Positions 57,170 to 64,000 of a stretch of 64,000 nt of DNA are shown here, piece by piece (positions within the stretch are counted from its first letter, which is position 1; each line of letters begins with the position of its first letter). The notes under the pieces were generated by a model. It was not told the origin of the DNA. It did no database searches and was given only the letters and a program-made list of their open reading frames with translations. Source of the DNA: the human T2T-CHM13v2.0 reference genome, Homo sapiens. The position numbers and the translations under genes are program-made. Location: the NCBI RefSeq assembly GCF_009914755.1, contig NC_060942.1, one strand, 5' to 3'.

Positions 57170-57231
57170 ACAGAAGATCCAACCATGGAGCGACCCTATA
57201 CATTTAAGGACTTTCTCCTCAGACCAAGAAG
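57170..57231 (+). CDS. NEDD4L: NEDD4L coding exon (probably exon 7): TEDPTMERPYTFKDFLLRPR(S)
   Basis: ttttttccccacag acceptor, 62 nt phase 0/2, AAG|GTGAGG donor; in frame with flanking exons; ACCATGG at 57182-57188. Confidence 0.96.
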
Positions 57232-57240
57232 GTGAGGCTT

Positions 57241-57893
57241 GTGGGTATGGGTGGGTGGGGATGCCTGCCCTGCATGCTGTAGGTATAGGTGGGGATGCCT
57301 GCCCTGCGTGCTGTGGATATGGGTGGGTGGGGATGTCTGCCTTGCTTGCTGTGGTGTGGGTGGGTGGGGATGCCTGCCCTGCATGCTGTGGGGATGCCTG
57401 CCCTGCGTGCTGTGGGTATAGGTGGGGATGCCTGCCTTGCGTGCTGTGGATATGGGTGGGTGGGGATGCCTGCCTTGCATGCTGTGGGTGTAGGTGGGGA
57501 TGCCTGCCTTGCGTGCTGTGGATATGGGTGGGTGGGGAGGCCTGCCTTGCATGCTGTGGGTATAGGTGGGGATGCCTGCCTTGCGTGCTGTGGATATGGG
57601 TGGGTGGGGATGCCTGCCCTGCGTGCCGTGGGTGTGGGTGGGTGGGGATGCCTGCCCTGCATGCTGTGGGTATGGGTGGGTGGGGATGCCTGCCCTGCGT
57701 GCCGTGGGTGTGGGTGGGTGGGGATGCCTGCCCTGCGTGCTGTGGGTATAGGTGGGGATGCCTGCCCTGTGTGCTGTGGGTATGGGTGGGTGGGGATGCC
57801 TGCCCTGTGTGCTGTGGGTATGGGTGGGTGGGGATGCCTGCCCTGTGTGCTGTGGGTATGGGTGGGTGGGGATGCCTGCCCTGCGTGCTGTGG
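57241..57893 (+). repeat. G-rich minisatellite, ~18 units of 38/34 bp (GTGGGTATGGGTGGGTGGGGATGCCTGCCCTGCRTGCT)
   Basis: 18 GGGGATGCCTGCC-like cores counted; fills most of the 745-nt intron 57232-57976. Confidence 0.96.
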
Positions 57894-57950
57894 TGGTTGG
57901 CTTTTGCTGAAGACGATTTTAAGTGTCCTTTGAAGTCACAACCCTTCTAA

Positions 57951-58151
<201 letters not shown>

Positions 58152-59629
58152 TGAAGGAAATAAAAGTTTAGAAAGCTTAAATATAAAAAAAAGTACATAT
58201 GTCCGCAAATTGGTCATTGATAGTCTACCAGTGCAGTTATTTGTTTTGGTTAAAGATGAACTTTTTATGTTACAACACCAATCCTCGGAGAGATTTCTCT
58301 TTAGACAATGCCATGCCTATTCCCCAATTTTAGCCCCACAGCTCTGTGAAAGTCTCCTCACACATTGAATCCTATTATTGCTATGGACTTGCAACTCTTT
58401 GTAAATTCTTTTTAGCCATTGAGGTCGCTTCAAAGTGGGTGGAGGAATTTAGAAAATCACTTTTTTTTCAAGTTTCTTACTCATTTGGCCACAGGTGACA
58501 GCCTGCAGTAGAAAAACCCTCCTCTAGAAATGCCATTCTGCAACGAGCTGACCAGAGGAATGTCCCTTTTTTCCTTCCTGACAGAGCCGCCTGTATTTAC
58601 CTTGTCACAGACTGATGCTGTGGGTCCTATCGTACCTTTTCAGCACACACCTCGGCCAGTGCTGTTTTGTTAGGCAAATTCTCATATTCTCAAAGTGTCC
58701 ATTAAACGAGACCTCTCTAGGGCTTATTCTCACATCTGTTTGCAGCTGTTGCATATATGTGATATGTGAATAATGTGTGTGGAGAAGTTACCCGAACACT
58801 CCTCCGCCTGAGAGATCATATTTCCAGGCATTATTTCATTTACAAGCCTTCATCTCTCTATATACATGAAGAGGAATAATGTGGGTGATAGAAATTTATG
58901 AATGTTAACATTTCATAAGCATGTCAACAGATTTTCATCTCAAATCCAAGGAATTTTTTACACTCTTCTTGCCTTCCAACCGCAGTAACCAGTGAATTAC
59001 TTAATTTTCCAGTGATTTTAGCAGAGGATGTTAGGAAGGGAATACGTAATGCCTAAAATACGTGCTGTAAAAATGGAACTCGAATTTTGGTACCATGAAA
59101 CCCGTTGGTGTGGACACAGCCAGTGTAGAGGGCCTGAGTAGAAGGCAGCAGCTTCCAGACTCCTGGCTCCTGCGGTTGTTTGGGATGCAAAGAGGAGGCT
59201 TCTCTCTCAAAGCCCACCTCCCTGGGGAGCAACAGGACTCTGGGCCTCTGGTCCCCTGTGCCATGAGTTCTGTTAGAACACAGGTGCAGCGCAGCTCATC
59301 TTCCCTGCTCCCTTTACCTCATAGAGGTGTTGAAAAGATGGCAGCTGTACTGTGACGCACATCATTGGCAGGGCTTTGTACAGCCTTGGAGGCCCTCCAG
59401 TCAAAATAACAAACATGACGTATGGAAAGAGTATGATGTGACTTAAGTAGTGTCACCGACTGTGCAGATCCAAATTGTGTTGTCCTGCAATGTAGTCATC
59501 TTAGAGGGCAGCACAATTAATTGGCCATTACTCAGAAGATTTTTGAGGCCTTTCTAGAATTGATATATATATATTTTTTTGGCCTTCATTTGGGAATTTA
59601 CTCAAATGTGGCCCCGAAGCCATGGCTAG

Positions 59630-59908
<279 letters not shown>

Positions 59909-61344
59909 TGAGTACCGTGTGATGGTCAGGAACACGTGCACGTGCACTGCACAGCTAGGGACAAATATGGCGGCCCTTTGGGACAAGGCTGGGAAATAAA
60001 TCATATGTCTATAAGAGCAGATGGTGGTGTGGTACGAGATTCCTCTCCATTTACGTAAAGCATGCAAGAGCAGTCAGAACTTGTATATTGTAAGCGATTG
60101 CCTTTGAGTCACATGCTGCTGTTTTCAATATGAGCTGATTTATTTTCTATGTCTTCTTTTATGTCGATTCCTGAAATACAAAGCAGAGGTTGTTTTTCTT
60201 AGACTTATTTTACATTTGTTGATTATATTGTTTTCTTCTTCACCTTTCTCTCCCAACTGACCCAGAACAGAACCGGCAAGCAAATTGGCTTTGCAATTTT
60301 CTGTTTTCTCTAAGTTTTTGGATGTTTACTCTCTTCAATGCATTGATTTGGAAACCTCAAAAATTTTTTTTTCTTTAAGGAAATTTGAGCCCCTTAATAT
60401 AATCAGAAACACATGGGAGAGTTGCAAAATCAGAATTAGTAATTACTGTGTATTTTAATCCCTCACCAGCCTCAGGGATGCAGTAAACCAATTCCTGTTT
60501 TGTTCCCTCAGCAATTTGTGGTTTGATTGATAGCAAATAAACACTGGTTAAAACTCATGGACTTTAAAAATGGTTTTGTAGCAGCTTGTTTTTAAATCAT
60601 TTTATACAGCAAGATCTAAGTCTATTGATAATACATCGAAGGGCAAAAAGAAAGTCTTAAGGAAAAGGAATTTTATCCTAGAAATTATGAGCTGCCTAGC
60701 AGCCAAGACAAGGAGGAAATTATCAATGAACTATACAACTTTCAGTATGTAATAAAAGCAAGTCTACTGGGTAGTATAATTTTCTTGTCTACTCGAACTC
60801 TGAAAGAAAGTGGCTAATGATACATTTTAGACAACAAGCAGTATGAGGTATCATGTTCTTAAAAACCTTTTATCTTTAGAAATTGTAAAGATACTCCACA
60901 TATGACTGTGGGTGGGGAGGGTGGCCAAGTTTTCTGGTCTAGGTTTTGTTTAATTTAGAGATAAAGCTTGCAGAATCTGGAACAACGAATAGCCTGTCTT
61001 CTCTGAGCCCCCAGGTGGGTTCTCGTGAATGTCAGCTGTTCGTGATCAGCTTTAGACTACCCAGCACGGGCATTAGCTCAGGACAGCAAAATGGTCTCAG
61101 GACAGCAAAAATATCAGATCAGCTGGGTAATGCTGAACTATCTTTTGTTAAAGTTTTTTCCCATGGAAATAGCTTGGTTGATTCTTTTTGTTTTTTATAT
61201 TATTGCTTACTATTTCCTTTTGATTAATGCCCATAGCTATTAGAATTATTGTAATCCATTGTAGCTATTTGTAGTAAAAATGAATTTGGACCCACCTTGG
61301 GCTTGGTTACATGTAGTGACTAGAAGAATCTTGGTAGCAATATC

Positions 61345-61755
61345 CTAAGCAAAGCACCATTACCTACCTTTGCTCAACAGCATGAGAAAGGAGTACTGAA
61401 AAGGTAGATCCTCATGCGACCTCTGCAGAAAAGTGGCCAGGAGCAACTCACAAAGGAAAAAATCCTGATAGCTAATATGTATATGGAAAAATATTCAACT
61501 TCATAAATAAGGATCATGCAGATTAGAGTTTGTATTTTGGGGACAAATAGGGATAATTGCTACTTTCTCTGCCTCACAGAGTTGTGAAACTAACGAGGGA
61601 ATTCTTGAGAAAACACTTCATACATTTTAAAATATATACTATTTTTTTGATGGCTCCACAGGTGTAGACATGTCCCCACACTCATCAAGAGGTGTACGTT
61701 AAACATGAACAGCTTTTTAATGTGTTGATTAGACCTCAATAAAGTGATTTAAAAG
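61345..61755 (+). mobile_element. Old L1 fragments
   Basis: aactcacaaaggaaaaaatcctgatagctaat...tatggaaaaatattcaacttca; ...acctcaataaagtg L1 3' end. Confidence 0.55.
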
Positions 61756-61855
61756 AGAAACCATCTTTGGTGGCAGTGTCCCAGAAACTAAAACAAAAGG
61801 TATAACTTGCTGGCTCTTCACTAGTCTAGAGCAACAAGGGAAAAATGCAGTTCTT

Positions 61856-62141
61856 TTTCTGTTGTTGTTTGAGACAGAGTCTCACTCTGTCACCCACAGT
61901 GGCACCATCTCGGCTCACTGCAACCTCCGCCTCCCAGGTTCAAGCGATTCTCCTGCCTTGGCCTCCTGAGTAGCTGGGATTACAGGCGCCCGCCGCCATG
62001 CCCAGCTAATGTTTGTATTTTTGTGAAGATGGGGTTTCACTGGCTTGGTCAAGCTGGTTTCAAACTCCTGACCTCAGGTGATCCGCCCACCTCAGCCTCC
62101 CAAAGTGCTAGGATTACAGGTATGACCCACCACGCCCGGCT
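61856..62141 (-). mobile_element. AluS-like (small internal deletion)
   Basis: 16-bp TSD GAAAAATGCAGTTCTT at 61840 and 62142. Confidence 0.93.
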
Positions 62142-62687
62142 GAAAAATGCAGTTCTTAATCCAAGTTCGGGCTCACATGTAGTTTTGGGAGAAGGCAGAG
62201 GCATAACTGCCCCATCAAGGAGGCAGCAATGCCAAAGGGAGAGGCTGAGCCAGGAAGGACACAGCAGAACTTGGCAGAACCTGAGGAGCGCCTCCTTCCA
62301 ATGGGCATAACTTCTAGAAGGCAAGAGGAAAGTTAGTTAAGGAAAAAGAGTTTCCACCACAACCTCTGCTAGCAGGCCCTTTATTGGGATACAGTATAAG
62401 TTCATTTCAGAATGTGTGAGAAAACTTTAAAATTTGTGTTTTAGAAAGAGTCTATAATGAGTGTTCTTGATAAGTACTATATTTCAGTTAGTCTGAAATG
62501 ACGATTTCAACTTTTGAGATACTGACTTGTGACATAATTTTTGTTAATGGGATATGTTATCTTATTGAAAGTATCTGTGAGAGTTTTCCCTGAAAAAATT
62601 TTTGGCATTTAAACTTGTACACTAAAAGCCTCTGACTAGTATTTCCCCCAAAGTATGATTGCCTATAATTTACTGCAAAAAAAAAAG

Positions 62688-63076
<389 letters not shown>

Positions 63077-63683
63077 TAGGGTATGATGTTTTGGTGTTCT
63101 TCAGACCCCGGCTGACTTGAGAGGTTATCTCCTGATGTTATTAGGATTTTTAAAGTAGGGTAAAGGAGGTAAATGCAGTGTCACGATTTTGAGATTCTGT
63201 TAAAATGAGCTAGAAAGCAGCTGAAAAAAATTCGTGTTGGATCAGGTGTACTTTCCTCCAGATGACAGCTTTGAATTTGTCCCTTTTGTAGTCTTTGGTC
63301 AAATTGCTGGTGACCAGAAGTAGCTGCCTTGTCATTGCTGGACTTCTAGAAGGATTGGGACTGCCCAGCTGCTGTGTGAACTTGCCTGTCACCTCTGCTT
63401 CCAGAGGTCTGACTTGTCACTGTGGCAAATGGGCAGAGGACTTTGATTTCTGTTTTTTATTAAACACTGAGGTATATTTTGAAATGTATGCCTGAAAGAT
63501 GCTCAAAATGGTGTGACTAATGCATTTTAAAACTGCATTTATTTGATTGAAATGAACCTTAACCTATACTTTAGCCGTAATATGGTGGGAGAATTCTCAC
63601 ATTGGATGACCAGCTAGTTGTCAGTGTTTGACGCTGACACTTTAGTGGCCATCTGGCCCTCCGTGAGCATTGAACTGTCATGA

Positions 63684-63932
<249 letters not shown>

Positions 63933-64000
63933 TGATTTTATATCATAATTTCTTCTGTCAGTAAACATTGTTGAGAATGTAAAGATTACAGTGACGCAGG

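Noticed and set aside
57120-57950. Long Cys/Gly/Trp-rich ORFs (276 aa, 214 aa and antisense ones)
   Set aside because: Artefacts of the stop-poor minisatellite inside a GT-AG intron; the real exon uses a different frame

Overview
Human (primate, Alu-rich) genomic DNA inside the NEDD4L (NEDD4-2, HECT E3 ubiquitin ligase) gene, transcribed on the + strand. The first ~50.7 kb is the distal part of one long phase-0 intron filled with Alu, MIR, L2, L1, MaLR/ERV1 LTR and DNA-transposon relics. Five coding exons follow (50727-50777, 57170-57231, 57977-58079, 59741-59907, 63740-63872). They splice in frame via GT-AG sites and encode the end of the C2 domain, the linker, WW1 and the start of the WW1-WW2 linker. 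Exon numbers 6-10 are from recalled annotation. There is no prokaryote-type system, and most long ORFs in the track are repeat artefacts. The most notable observations are: a compact steroid-receptor enhancer-like cluster with a perfect AGAACAnnnTGTTCT palindrome at ~20.6 kb; a G-rich minisatellite filling intron 7 whose CpG decay toggles RBFOX motifs; a local inverted duplication of an MLT1 segment next to a trimeric Alu; a sense solo MER61-like LTR; and several candidate cryptic exons and a circRNA configuration. Repeat family names come from recalled consensus similarity, not from a search.
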